Part shown: piece by piece, positions 27,985 through 36,486 of the stretch
How positions within the stretch are numbered: position 1 is the first letter of the stretch
Layout: every line of letters starts with the position of its first letter
DNA from: a virus
DNA: 64,000 bases
IMG/VR virus record: IMGVR_UViG_3300030320_000049
Direction: 5' to 3' (one strand)
Translations under genes and position numbers: made by a program
The notes under the pieces: model-generated
The model's input: the letters and a program-made list of their open reading frames with translations, nothing else
Told to the model about the DNA's origin: nothing
Databases searched by the model: none

Positions 27985-28278
27985 CTACTCTTCTTTTCCT
28001 GCTTGCTTGATAAGTTGATTTACATAATTACTTAATCCGGCAACGATAATGCCTTGTGTAATTGCGGTAAACAATGCCATTGCAACTTCCTGTGAACCGG
28101 AAACTGTAGATGTTGCAAAAACATAAAGGCCGCAAATTAACACGCCGAGAATCCCTAAGATCATCGGAATAAATTTGTCAGAAATATTTTCTGATTTTTT
28201 AATCATTGCCCCGATGAAATAAAGAACTACAACGACAACAAGTAATTCCGGCTTTACATAGCTTAAAATCTGATCCAT
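27985..28278 (-). CDS. holin (Hol118 / phage_holin_5-like, 3 TM)
   Basis: 97 aa with ELLVVVVVLYFIGAMIKK...FIPMILGILGVLICGLY...ITQGIIVAGLSNYVNQLIKQAGKEE. Resembles the A118 holin layout (from memory). Confidence 0.65.
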   Translation of the reverse strand: MDQILSYVKPELLVVVVVLYFIGAMIKKSENISDKFIPMILGILGVLICGLYVFATSTVSGSQEVAMALFTAITQGIIVAGLSNYVNQLIKQAGKEE

Positions 28279-28336
28279 AATCTCACCTCGCTTTCGTTTT
28301 AGGCATAAAAAAAGAACGTCTATGCGTTCATTTGGT

Positions 28337-28738
28337 TTAAAGTAATTTTCCTGTATATATTCGGCTGTATCGGCTCACAAGCTTTTTAATTCCACTGTCA
28401 CCAAAAAACATAGGTTCCGGTCCGTATGTGCGGCGGAATCCCATGCTCACCATAGTTATGTGACTTATCTTGTCCAATTCATACAATCTGGTTAATGCTT
28501 TGCTCCCAGATGTGAAGCAATTTACTTGAAATGATGGCATTGTTGCGCATTCATCCCCTTCTAAATCACCTCTCGTAATTGGGTTTCCGAGCATATAAAG
28601 CTGTGCATATGCCTTTTTGCCGGAAGCATTTGTTTCGCTTCCGTCCATGGAATAATTGTCTGCGCCGGTAATCTTAGAAACAGCCGCTCCCCACCTTGAA
28701 AAAACTTCCAATACAGGAGATTCTATTGTGTCTGGCAT
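28337..28738 (-). CDS. structural-module protein (tail completion/terminator candidate)
   Basis: Start MPDTIES with RBS gtgaggtg. Call is based on position only. Confidence 0.5.
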   Translation of the reverse strand: MPDTIESPVLEVFSRWGAAVSKITGADNYSMDGSETNASGKKAYAQLYMLGNPITRGDLEGDECATMPSFQVNCFTSGSKALTRLYELDKISHITMVSMGFRRTYGPEPMFFGDSGIKKLVSRYSRIYTGKLL

Positions 28739-28835
28739 ATCTGTCACCTCACAATAAAAAATGCGCCCACTTTTAGAGTGAACGCATTGCATATCATGCT
28801 ACAATTTAACACTGTAATGATAACATAATTGGTTG

Positions 28836-28862
28836 GTATCATTCAGTATATTATAGTATCTT
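28836..28862. promoter_or_regulatory. copy 2 of the 27-bp motif
   Basis: gtatcattcagtatattatagtatctt, immediately after the stop of 28865..29380. Confidence 0.5.
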
Positions 28863-28864
28863 CT

Positions 28865-29380
28865 TTAGGAAGAGAATACCTCTTTGGCAATTTTGCGGAT
28901 ATTCTGAATGATTTCTACACTGGCTTTATACATTGGCATTGTAGCTTCTGTACCGTAAGAACGTACCCATTCGCCGGAATCAGAAATATATACCCAGGAA
29001 TCGTTTTTTCCTTTTCCTTGTCCGTAAGAACCGATTGTATAACCAAATTCTTCTCCTTTTGGATGTGGGCTAGAACCGGCTGCACCATTGTAGTGAATAC
29101 CTGCGCCGAATTCTATATACAAAAGGTCTATTCCTTCACATATTAAATGGGCTTCTGCATAGTCCCCAAAACTGTTAATTTTGATATAAGTATTATGGTT
29201 CTTATCGGAATCGCCTTGTGCTGCTAAAATATTTTGATTAATGACTGGAATCCCTAATTCACATAATCTTTTTATGAAAATTTCATTTTTGTTCCTTAAA
29301 GATTTTTGATAATTTTTTATTTCATCAATAGCTTTTTGGATTGATTTCTGCGATAAGGTACACTTTATTGTCTTACCCAT
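28865..29380 (-). CDS. HK97 gp10-like head-tail joining protein
   Basis: Position, and C-terminus ...GTEATMPMYKASVE (from memory). Confidence 0.55.
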   Translation of the reverse strand: MGKTIKCTLSQKSIQKAIDEIKNYQKSLRNKNEIFIKRLCELGIPVINQNILAAQGDSDKNHNTYIKINSFGDYAEAHLICEGIDLLYIEFGAGIHYNGAAGSSPHPKGEEFGYTIGSYGQGKGKNDSWVYISDSGEWVRSYGTEATMPMYKASVEIIQNIRKIAKEVFSS

Positions 29381-29765
29381 CTTCATTCCCTCTTTTAGAA
29401 ATTCCATATCTGGCAATATTGCCTTTTTGTGTGTCTAAAATCTTCTTTAACACGTAGTCTGGCAATACTGTAGGCTCTCCATTTTCGTCCAAAATAAGGC
29501 TTCCATCCTCTCTTATTTGTGGGATTCTGTCTATCCAAAATATGTCCGCTTCCTGTGGATGGAAATTTCGATTAAAGCTTGTAATGTATCTGTCATAATC
29601 TGGAACTATTCCGGCTGCAATTTCTTCTGGCGTTCCGGCTGTAGATGATACGGAAAAAGAGAACAGAACTGGCTTCTCATAAACTTTAATACGGTCTAAT
29701 CCTTCTGTTTTTTCGGTTATTCGCGACCAATATACTTTTTGCTTTTGACGGACTAATCCTCTCAT
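29373..29765 (-). CDS. head-tail adaptor / head closure candidate (130 aa)
   Basis: Start MRGLV with an ATGA overlap to the upstream stop. Call is based on position. Confidence 0.5.
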   Translation of the reverse strand: MRGLVRQKQKVYWSRITEKTEGLDRIKVYEKPVLFSFSVSSTAGTPEEIAAGIVPDYDRYITSFNRNFHPQEADIFWIDRIPQIREDGSLILDENGEPTVLPDYVLKKILDTQKGNIARYGISKRGNEDG

Positions 29766-30148
29766 GCAATCATCCTTTCTGCCCCGATAGGAGCCACATA
29801 TGTGAACTGGTTTCCTAAAATATCTCTGGCTGTGCCAATCACGAAATGGCTGTAGTCTGCCAGAATATTGCATACAAATTCTTCTGCATCAACCCAATAT
29901 CGTTTCTTAACCATGCGGTGAAGTTCTGGCAGTAAACCATAGCTGAACATTACGCAATGTCCTAATTCATGGATAAATACACGGTTTAGAAGTTCTCCAT
30001 ATAGGTTGTTCGCAATCGAAATTGTCATTGTGGAGTAATCGGATACAGCAAGTGTCCTCTGCCCTGTACGGTCAATCAAAACATTATCATTGGGAGAAAC
30101 AAAGCGCACTCTCCATAAGTCCCCGTTCATATAGAATTGTTTCAGCAT
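29762..30148 (-). CDS. HExxH zinc-metallopeptidase-like protein (128 aa)
   Basis: Motif FIHELGHCVM. Confidence 0.55.
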   Translation of the reverse strand: MLKQFYMNGDLWRVRFVSPNDNVLIDRTGQRTLAVSDYSTMTISIANNLYGELLNRVFIHELGHCVMFSYGLLPELHRMVKKRYWVDAEEFVCNILADYSHFVIGTARDILGNQFTYVAPIGAERMIA

Positions 30149-30221
30149 GGCTTATCACCATCCTTTCTACGAAAAAAGCCCCTGCCGCACTACTGCAACA
30201 AGGGCTTAATCAATATTGTAA

Positions 30222-30848
30222 TCATGTCATCTGCTGAACCAAACGGCTCAGGTCAGTTTTCATCTGCTGTCTGAGCGTTGCATCTGCATCCGACCACATT
30301 TCCGTAAGGTTACGAATAATATCTGATGTGTATTCTTTCATGGAATCATCCATTTTTCTCTTGGATTCAGCATCCTTAGAATCATGATAGTGTCTACGAT
30401 TCTCATCGTATTTATCATAAGATTCTCCGTATCTGGACTTCTTCCAATTCATACCATCATTTTCCATATCACTACGCTCTGGATGATATCCCATGCGGTA
30501 CATATTGCGCTCAAATTCTGGATTGTTTAAATACTCATCCATCCAGTCATCATCCTGCATATACAGATACGGTCTATAGCCTTTTCTGGTTCCCCTACCT
30601 TTTGGAGCGAAACGCCCATTTGAATAGCGGTAACGGTCATATCCCATGCGTCCAAGATACTTTTCTTCCTGTTCGCATTCGTCCATAGCTTCTACAATGC
30701 GATAATCTTTATCAGCGCAAATCGCACATTTTACTGCTTCCATGCAGTCTTTCAGATCGTCCCAATCTTGAGCACTGAGATTATCAAATCCATGTGTTTT
30801 GGCTTTTTCCATAGCCCATTTTCCCATTTCCATTGCTGTCTTATGCAT
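30222..30848 (-). CDS. highly charged Y/R/D-rich hypothetical protein (208 aa)
   Basis: Track ORF, last gene of the 30.2-33.6 kb island. Confidence 0.55.
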   Translation of the reverse strand: MHKTAMEMGKWAMEKAKTHGFDNLSAQDWDDLKDCMEAVKCAICADKDYRIVEAMDECEQEEKYLGRMGYDRYRYSNGRFAPKGRGTRKGYRPYLYMQDDDWMDEYLNNPEFERNMYRMGYHPERSDMENDGMNWKKSRYGESYDKYDENRRHYHDSKDAESKRKMDDSMKEYTSDIIRNLTEMWSDADATLRQQMKTDLSRLVQQMT

Positions 30849-31272
30849 TCACGATACCTCCCCTCTTCACAGCCTGTACAACATTTTCAGCTGTTGGGGC
30901 TGTACCATTGATTGCAGTCAGATTGTTATTCGGGCTACATGCCGGGTTTCCTAACATTTTGAACACTCCACCAGTAGCACTTGTTACAACTCTGGTTGCG
31001 TATTTTGTTCTTGTTCTAACACCACATGCTGTTACCTGTGCGCAGCAACGATTCTCTAGCGGATACAATGTTGTTCCTGTTCCTATCTGAATCATCACTG
31101 GGGCGGTAATTGTGGTTGTATTTGGAATAGATTGTGCTAAAACAATGCAGTATTTTTCTCCATTATTGTAGCTTCCTTCCGGGATAGTAACCACAAGATT
31201 TCCACCTGTGAATGCAATTGCAGTAGAGAGCACAAGGTGATTACAGAGCTTACAAACATTCTTACATGCCAT
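30841..31272 (-). CDS. Cys-containing beta-rich hypothetical protein (143 aa)
   Basis: MACKNVCKLCNH...ENRCCAQVTACG. RBS gagaggtaaaaaat upstream. Confidence 0.55.
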   Translation of the reverse strand: MACKNVCKLCNHLVLSTAIAFTGGNLVVTIPEGSYNNGEKYCIVLAQSIPNTTTITAPVMIQIGTGTTLYPLENRCCAQVTACGVRTRTKYATRVVTSATGGVFKMLGNPACSPNNNLTAINGTAPTAENVVQAVKRGGIVNA

Positions 31273-31349
31273 ATTTTTTACCTCTCAATCAATAAGAGGT
31301 GAGCCGTAACCCACCTCTTAGAATTAGTCAACCTCTAAGGGTGAGTTAC

Positions 31350-32150
31350 TTAGCAACAACCGTTACCATATGTATTACATCCTGCATATGCATATGGAGC
31401 TGGAACCTGGAATGCAGGAATCGGAGCAGGATTGATTGCATTGATTAACTGCTGTGTCTGAGAAGCCATTGCAGTTGTAAGCAATGCAGACTGGCGATCC
31501 TGGGAAGCAGCACGTTTCAGATCAGAATTCTCTGCCTGTAATGTTGCAATCTTATCCTGAGTTAAGAAATCTAACAGCGCTCTCGTGTTGCTGTTCTGAT
31601 TTTCCAGAAGGTCTCTGGTGTTGTTGTTCATTGTATTCTGCAATGCACAAGTGTTGGTAGCCAGGTTATAGTTGATACCCTGGATAGCTTCTCTAGTCTC
31701 GCAGCAACAATTTGCTAACTGAGACTGTAATGCATTGGTATTCTGCATACCGGCTACAGTATCAGCATTGATTGCCTGCTGAACGCCATTAAAACCTTGA
31801 AGCATTCCGACGTTCACGCCGTTGAAACCGCTCTGCATGGTATTGTTAAGCGCATATGTGCTATCACAAATGCCCTGCTGAATACCTCTGATACCATTCT
31901 GAATATCATTCAGAGCAAAGCCCTCGTTGATATCCGCTCTGGTAGCCCATCCTTGGAAACCTGCACCATTTGTACCGTTTCCACCATTGCCGCCCCAGCC
32001 GCCAAAGCCGCCGAAACCGCCCCAGCCAAAGATAAGCAATATTATAATCCACCATGCCCAGCCACCGCCAAAGCCATAGCCTTCATCTGCACGGTTATTA
32101 GAGCCGCTTAATACAGCGACATCGCTTGCTGATAATCCACCATTCATCAT
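31350..32150 (-). CDS. Gly/Trp-rich membrane protein with N/Q-rich region and a C-terminal Cys cluster (266 aa)
   Basis: GYGFGGGWAWWIIILLIFGWGGFGGFGGWGGNGGNG...CCCE...GCNTYGNGCC. RBS aaggaggtaatcgct upstream. Confidence 0.6.
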   Translation of the reverse strand: MMNGGLSASDVAVLSGSNNRADEGYGFGGGWAWWIIILLIFGWGGFGGFGGWGGNGGNGTNGAGFQGWATRADINEGFALNDIQNGIRGIQQGICDSTYALNNTMQSGFNGVNVGMLQGFNGVQQAINADTVAGMQNTNALQSQLANCCCETREAIQGINYNLATNTCALQNTMNNNTRDLLENQNSNTRALLDFLTQDKIATLQAENSDLKRAASQDRQSALLTTAMASQTQQLINAINPAPIPAFQVPAPYAYAGCNTYGNGCC

Positions 32151-32166
32151 AGCGATTACCTCCTTA

Positions 32167-32194
32167 TTGATTTTTGTAATTTATACAAAATCAA
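32167..32194. promoter_or_regulatory. near-perfect 12-bp inverted repeat upstream of 31350..32150
   Basis: ttgatttttgta-atttA-tacaaaatcaa. Confidence 0.45.
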
Positions 32195-32227
32195 AAGACC
32201 GCGGCTCTTTTAATTATTGTAGCGAAT

Positions 32228-32467
32228 TTATTTTATTCCAAACTGGTTCTTAACCTGCGACAGTATATCGTCTGGATTAATATTTCTTTCTTTACAAAGA
32301 TTTCTTGCAAGTTTTTCAATTCCTGCATTATCACCTTTTTCCATCATGTTAATTGCATTGTCAATTACAGGATTATTTCCAGATTGCTGTTTCATCATAT
32401 TGATTATGGCTTGTTGAGGATTCCCTCCACCACGTATCATCTGCATAAGTTGCATTGGATTCATCAT
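32228..32467 (-). CDS. hypothetical M/Q/N-rich protein (79 aa)
   Basis: Track ORF with an ATGA-type overlap to the upstream gene. Confidence 0.5.
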   Translation of the reverse strand: MMNPMQLMQMIRGGGNPQQAIINMMKQQSGNNPVIDNAINMMEKGDNAGIEKLARNLCKERNINPDDILSQVKNQFGIK

Positions 32468-32952
32468 CTCTGTTTACCTCCATTCTGCTTGGGTTCCGAT
32501 GTTCCAGACATTTGTGTCGGGAACATACTCTTTATTTCGGAAATCTCAGAACAAACATCGTTCCGAAGCTGATTAAACATAGCTTCTATGTCAATCGGTT
32601 TTTCTTCTGCCTTTGGTTGCTGTTGTTCTTCCGGATTTATAAGTCGATAAACAAAAATTCTACTTCTTCCATCTGCCTGTAATTGTTTTCTATATATTTC
32701 TGTTCCATCTGTTTTTGGATAATAAACAGGATTACCGGACATATCTACATCTTTTGCCTTTACAGTATCAATGCCATCAACCATCTGTCCTTGCAACATG
32801 GGGATTTGTGGCACTTGTGGCATTGGTTGTTGAATTTGTGCCTGTCCGTATGGCATTGCCTGCTGATAACTATTCTGCAATTGTGCTAATCTATCTTGAT
32901 ACGGCTGTATTTGTTGAAATGGTTGCGCAAAATACGGATTACCATACTGCAT
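32464..32952 (-). CDS. Q/P-rich hypothetical protein (162 aa)
   Basis: MQYGNPYFAQPFQQIQPYQDRLAQLQNSYQQAMPYGQAQIQQPMPQVPQIP... Confidence 0.55.
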   Translation of the reverse strand: MQYGNPYFAQPFQQIQPYQDRLAQLQNSYQQAMPYGQAQIQQPMPQVPQIPMLQGQMVDGIDTVKAKDVDMSGNPVYYPKTDGTEIYRKQLQADGRSRIFVYRLINPEEQQQPKAEEKPIDIEAMFNQLRNDVCSEISEIKSMFPTQMSGTSEPKQNGGKQR

Positions 32953-33045
32953 ATCTCAAACCTCCCTTGTTTTTATAACTATATTTTACAATAATAAAAG
33001 GTTGATTAACACGCCATGATAACGCCATAAATACGCCATTTTCTA

Positions 33046-33282
33046 TTAATACAAAGAAAAGCCCCGACAATACATCGGGGCAACTTTCATAATTTTCTTC
33101 TTTAATTTTCTGTTTATGCGGTCTACGGTTCTTGGGCTGTAGCCCATGATTTCTGAAGCTTCTGCAAGTGTTTTTTCTTCGTAAACACGCAATCGGAATA
33201 ACTCTTTTTCTCTGGAATCAAATCCAGCTTCACGCAAATAGAAGATTCTTTCATCTTCCGAAAAGTCTTTATAATCATCCAT
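33046..33282 (-). CDS. sigma-70 region-4-like HTH protein (78 aa)
   Basis: ...RVYEEKTLAEASEIMGYSPRTVDRINRKLKKKI. Confidence 0.6.
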   Translation of the reverse strand: MDDYKDFSEDERIFYLREAGFDSREKELFRLRVYEEKTLAEASEIMGYSPRTVDRINRKLKKKIMKVAPMYCRGFSLY

Positions 33283-33314
33283 TCCACCGTCCTCCCTGTT
33301 AGTGGAACCAATAT

Positions 33315-33626
33315 TTACACCGGGAAAATGCCTTTTAGGGCAAAGCCTAAAACAATACCAATTATGCCGGTTATGACATAAGCAATTATTTTGTCCTGTA
33401 ACTTTCCTGGCTTTTCCATGAGTGATTTTAAATTGTCGTTCATTTCGTCAACTGTATCCTTAATGTGTCCCAGATCGTTGTTGTATAAAGCAATTTTCTG
33501 TTCTAGCGCATTGATACGATTAAAAAAGCCTTCATCCCTTTTGGAATGCTTTTCTTTCATCTCATGGACGGCACTTTCCAATTCTTTCAAGCGGTGTTCG
33601 TTGATACACTCGTGTTCACATCCCAT
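33315..33626 (-). CDS. XhlA-like coiled-coil protein with a C-terminal TM anchor
   Basis: EHRLKELESAVHEMKEK...coiled coil...IIAYVITGIIGIVLGFALKGIF. Family name from memory. Confidence 0.55.
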   Translation of the reverse strand: MGCEHECINEHRLKELESAVHEMKEKHSKRDEGFFNRINALEQKIALYNNDLGHIKDTVDEMNDNLKSLMEKPGKLQDKIIAYVITGIIGIVLGFALKGIFPV

Positions 33627-33733
33627 CGCTATTCCTTTCCATCACTCCCATTTTTAAGATATTGCTTCTACCCACCTAATTTGAAGCACCCCTGCGATAC
33701 GTGGGAGGATTGACGTATCACGCACACACCATC

Positions 33734-34051
33734 TTAGAATCCGATAAATGGAAATACACCATGATTTACATAGATTTCAGTTTCGGAAGTCCAATTTCTG
33801 TTTACAGAAGATTCGGAATGTGATCCTTGGAATTCAGCTCCCTGTTTCACCAGAAAGAAAAGAGCCAAATCAAATATGCAATCATAGCAGTTTTCCATAT
33901 CGGAATTTATTTTCTCATCACTGTAAGATGAAGGATAATTCCTTTTCTTCTTAAATGAACGAATAGCCCTATTTACTGAAAGAATCACCCTCGCAGTTTC
34001 TACATCATCTTCAAGATAATTTGTCAAATCCTCTATAAGCTGTTCGTCCAT
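33734..34051 (-). CDS. gp6-like head-tail connector
   Basis: Position after the capsid gene; 105 aa; the N-terminal acidic helix pattern is typical. Confidence 0.55.
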   Translation of the reverse strand: MDEQLIEDLTNYLEDDVETARVILSVNRAIRSFKKKRNYPSSYSDEKINSDMENCYDCIFDLALFFLVKQGAEFQGSHSESSVNRNWTSETEIYVNHGVFPFIGF

Positions 34052-34059
34052 TTAATCAC

Positions 34060-34164
34060 CTACCTTTGCTGAGATAAAATCTCTGATATTATTCCAGCCT
34101 TATTAGTTGCTGTCAGGGCATAGCCGTTATCACTTGCAAGTTGTCTTAACTGTGATACAGTCAT
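34060..34164 (-). CDS. small HeH/Rho-N-like (SAP-like) peptide; start uncertain
   Basis: MTVSQLRQLASDNGYALTATNKAGIISEILSQQR. The track ORF extends to 34371 and overlaps the capsid gene. Confidence 0.4.
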   Translation of the reverse strand: MTVSQLRQLASDNGYALTATNKAGIISEILSQQR

Positions 34165-34259
34165 ATTAGACAACTCGCTTTCTGTATACTTATGTGTCGA
34201 TTCGTCATAAACACTCGCTACAGATGGTGACTGGCTGTTTTCATCGAGACTATGCCCGG

Positions 34260-35297
34260 TTATTCCCCCGCTTTGGTACCGATCACGATACCACCGTTTG
34301 CTTTTGGTGCAACAGGGACGAACATACCGGATGCTTTTGTCCATACTGCAACTGGGTCTGGTGTAGCCCACATGGAAAGAGTTACGAAAGAACGGTTCTC
34401 TTCCTGTATAAACTGTCTGTATTCAAGCTCTTCTGGTGTCACACCCCAGAGGCCAACACCGAAAGAACCGTTAGCATCTGCTTCATACAGAGTAAATACA
34501 TCCTCTTTGAGGTATCTGGCTGTTTTCAGGGTTCCATCTGCTTTTCTGAAATTAAAGTTCTCATCACAACGATCAATTGTGATTCCATATTCCTGCATAA
34601 GCAGATTGGCAAGCTCCTGCTTTGTGAGAAGCCTTTTATTTGCAGCACCCAGAACAGCTGTCTGCATTGCAGTGTTGTTCCGCATGTAGTTAATCATTTT
34701 AAGAGAAGTAACAGCTTTGTTTACTACATAGCCATTGCCTTCTGCTACAGCTACCATTTTCTGGATATCGCCCATGATATCTGCATCTGGCTTAGACCAA
34801 TCAGTAAGCGTTACTTTTGCACTTGCTGGAACGCCATAGTCAATTCCCATGTCAACATGGTTCTCTTTGATTGTTACAGCGCCGGTGGAAAGGAACTGTC
34901 CTTTCATAACATTTGCTCTTGTAACAACGCCCTCGAACAGTCTGGCTGCATCATCAAATACAAAGTTTTTCAGTGCTTCATTATCCGGCACACCGTTTTC
35001 AATTGCCTGCCGTAAGTTTTCGGACTGATTGATTTTTCTCTTAATGAAGAGTTTTTCAGTCAGGACTTTTTCAAATCCAGGTCTTGTGCCGATTTCTGCT
35101 TCGCTATCAAGAGCGTGGACGAATGCAACTTCCGGGAGATTCTGTCCAGCCATAAGTCTGTAATACTCTGCTTTCAGATACTGGGTTTTTGTATCTGGGA
35201 AAATGGTATCGAGGATACCTGGTCTTTTAACGCTGAAATTCTGAGAGAAATTAAGTCTTTCTTCTTGGGTAATTGATTCCAAAATATTAAATGGCAT
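34260..35297 (-). CDS. major capsid protein
   Basis: 345 aa, following the scaffold and decoration genes. Resembles the capsid protein E family (from memory). Confidence 0.8.
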   Translation of the reverse strand: MPFNILESITQEERLNFSQNFSVKRPGILDTIFPDTKTQYLKAEYYRLMAGQNLPEVAFVHALDSEAEIGTRPGFEKVLTEKLFIKRKINQSENLRQAIENGVPDNEALKNFVFDDAARLFEGVVTRANVMKGQFLSTGAVTIKENHVDMGIDYGVPASAKVTLTDWSKPDADIMGDIQKMVAVAEGNGYVVNKAVTSLKMINYMRNNTAMQTAVLGAANKRLLTKQELANLLMQEYGITIDRCDENFNFRKADGTLKTARYLKEDVFTLYEADANGSFGVGLWGVTPEELEYRQFIQEENRSFVTLSMWATPDPVAVWTKASGMFVPVAPKANGGIVIGTKAGE

Positions 35298-35310
35298 TTG
35301 TCATACCTCC

Positions 35311-35655
35311 TTAAAATACTGGGTCTTCTGTGACTACAAAAACAATTCCGGATTTTTCAAGCTCTGTTTTTGCAGTAGTGTCAACTGTTACTGGAAGTCT
35401 CTTTTCAAGAACACGTCCTGAGACAATCACAGAAATTGGTCTCTTGGTATCATCTGTCATATCAACATCTTCAAATACAATGCCGATTGCGCCTGTCGCA
35501 TTTGTTGGATATACGGAACCTGCTTTGATAATTTTCTTAGTTCCAACTGTTTCAGCATTTGTCTGGTCTGCTGTGTAGGTTTTGAGTACAAGTCCGACCT
35601 CGGATTCAAGAATATTTGGAGTGGACTCATACTGCTCTGTTTTCATAAAAGCCAT
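35311..35655 (-). CDS. head decoration / DUF2190-like protein
   Basis: 114 aa, between the scaffold and capsid genes. Confidence 0.5.
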   Translation of the reverse strand: MAFMKTEQYESTPNILESEVGLVLKTYTADQTNAETVGTKKIIKAGSVYPTNATGAIGIVFEDVDMTDDTKRPISVIVSGRVLEKRLPVTVDTTAKTELEKSGIVFVVTEDPVF

Positions 35656-35673
35656 TATTTATATCTCCTTTAC

Positions 35674-36321
35674 TTAAATATTTACAGGGGCGTTACCGTC
35701 CACTGATTTAGTTTCCTGGTTCTTTTTTGCTGAGTAAGCTTTTGCAAATTCAGCAGCATCACTTTTTACTGTAGCTTTCCCACCGCTACCACCGCCCGGA
35801 TTCGGAGTGTTTTCCAATGCTTCCTTCTCCCAAGCTGCTTTTGCGTTATCAAGTGCTGTTTTATTTGCTTCGGAAACTCCCTTAACAAAAGTTTCGACTT
35901 CTTTCATTGCATCTTCTGGTTTCTCATACGGTGCAGATGCGTATGCTTTAATAGCACTCGCGTATGTTTCGGTTGAAAGTCCTGCATTTGCGAACATAGA
36001 AGTAATTTCACTGGTAAGGGCTTTTTTGTTGGATTCTGCAAGCGCAGCTTTCAAATCAGCTAACTCCTTATCCACTGCTTCCTTTTCTTTCTTGCGTTCA
36101 GCTTCTAGCCGTTCTGCTTCGGTCATGTTCTGCTTTTTCAACTCTTCCAACTCTTTTTCCAGGGAATCTGCTTTTTCAGCTTTTTCCTTCAGAGAAACAT
36201 TTTTGTCTTTCTCTTTCTTAGTTTCAGCAGAAATAGAATCAAGAAGCTTAGAAACCTGTTCCTCGGAAGGTTCTGCAACTCCCATACCGATAAGTGCCTG
36301 TTTTGCCTGTTCTCTTGTCAT
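35674..36321 (-). CDS. capsid scaffolding protein
   Basis: Start MTREQAKQ with RBS gaaaggagatttca. Long K/E coiled coil. Confidence 0.8.
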   Translation of the reverse strand: MTREQAKQALIGMGVAEPSEEQVSKLLDSISAETKKEKDKNVSLKEKAEKADSLEKELEELKKQNMTEAERLEAERKKEKEAVDKELADLKAALAESNKKALTSEITSMFANAGLSTETYASAIKAYASAPYEKPEDAMKEVETFVKGVSEANKTALDNAKAAWEKEALENTPNPGGGSGGKATVKSDAAEFAKAYSAKKNQETKSVDGNAPVNI

Positions 36322-36486
36322 TGAAATCTCCTTTCTTCCAGTCCAATACGCTTTTTCAACACGGTTCGCTCCGCACATGGTCTGTACCCGATTTACGCTC
36401 ACGGGCTGTTGCAATTTATTTGATTTTGGGTATTAAAAAAGAAGCCTTAGATTTCTCTAAAACTCCTTAAATAATCGAAATTTGGT

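Noticed and set aside
34194-35015. A 273-aa plus-strand ORF, and similar long plus-strand ORFs at 35807..36436, 22091..22726, 8139..8672, 4827..5330 and 15325..15711.
   Set aside because: They lie antisense to well-supported genes (capsid, scaffold, tape measure, tail, LytTR, Big_2). They lack an RBS and have Cys/Phe/Ser-rich shadow-frame composition.
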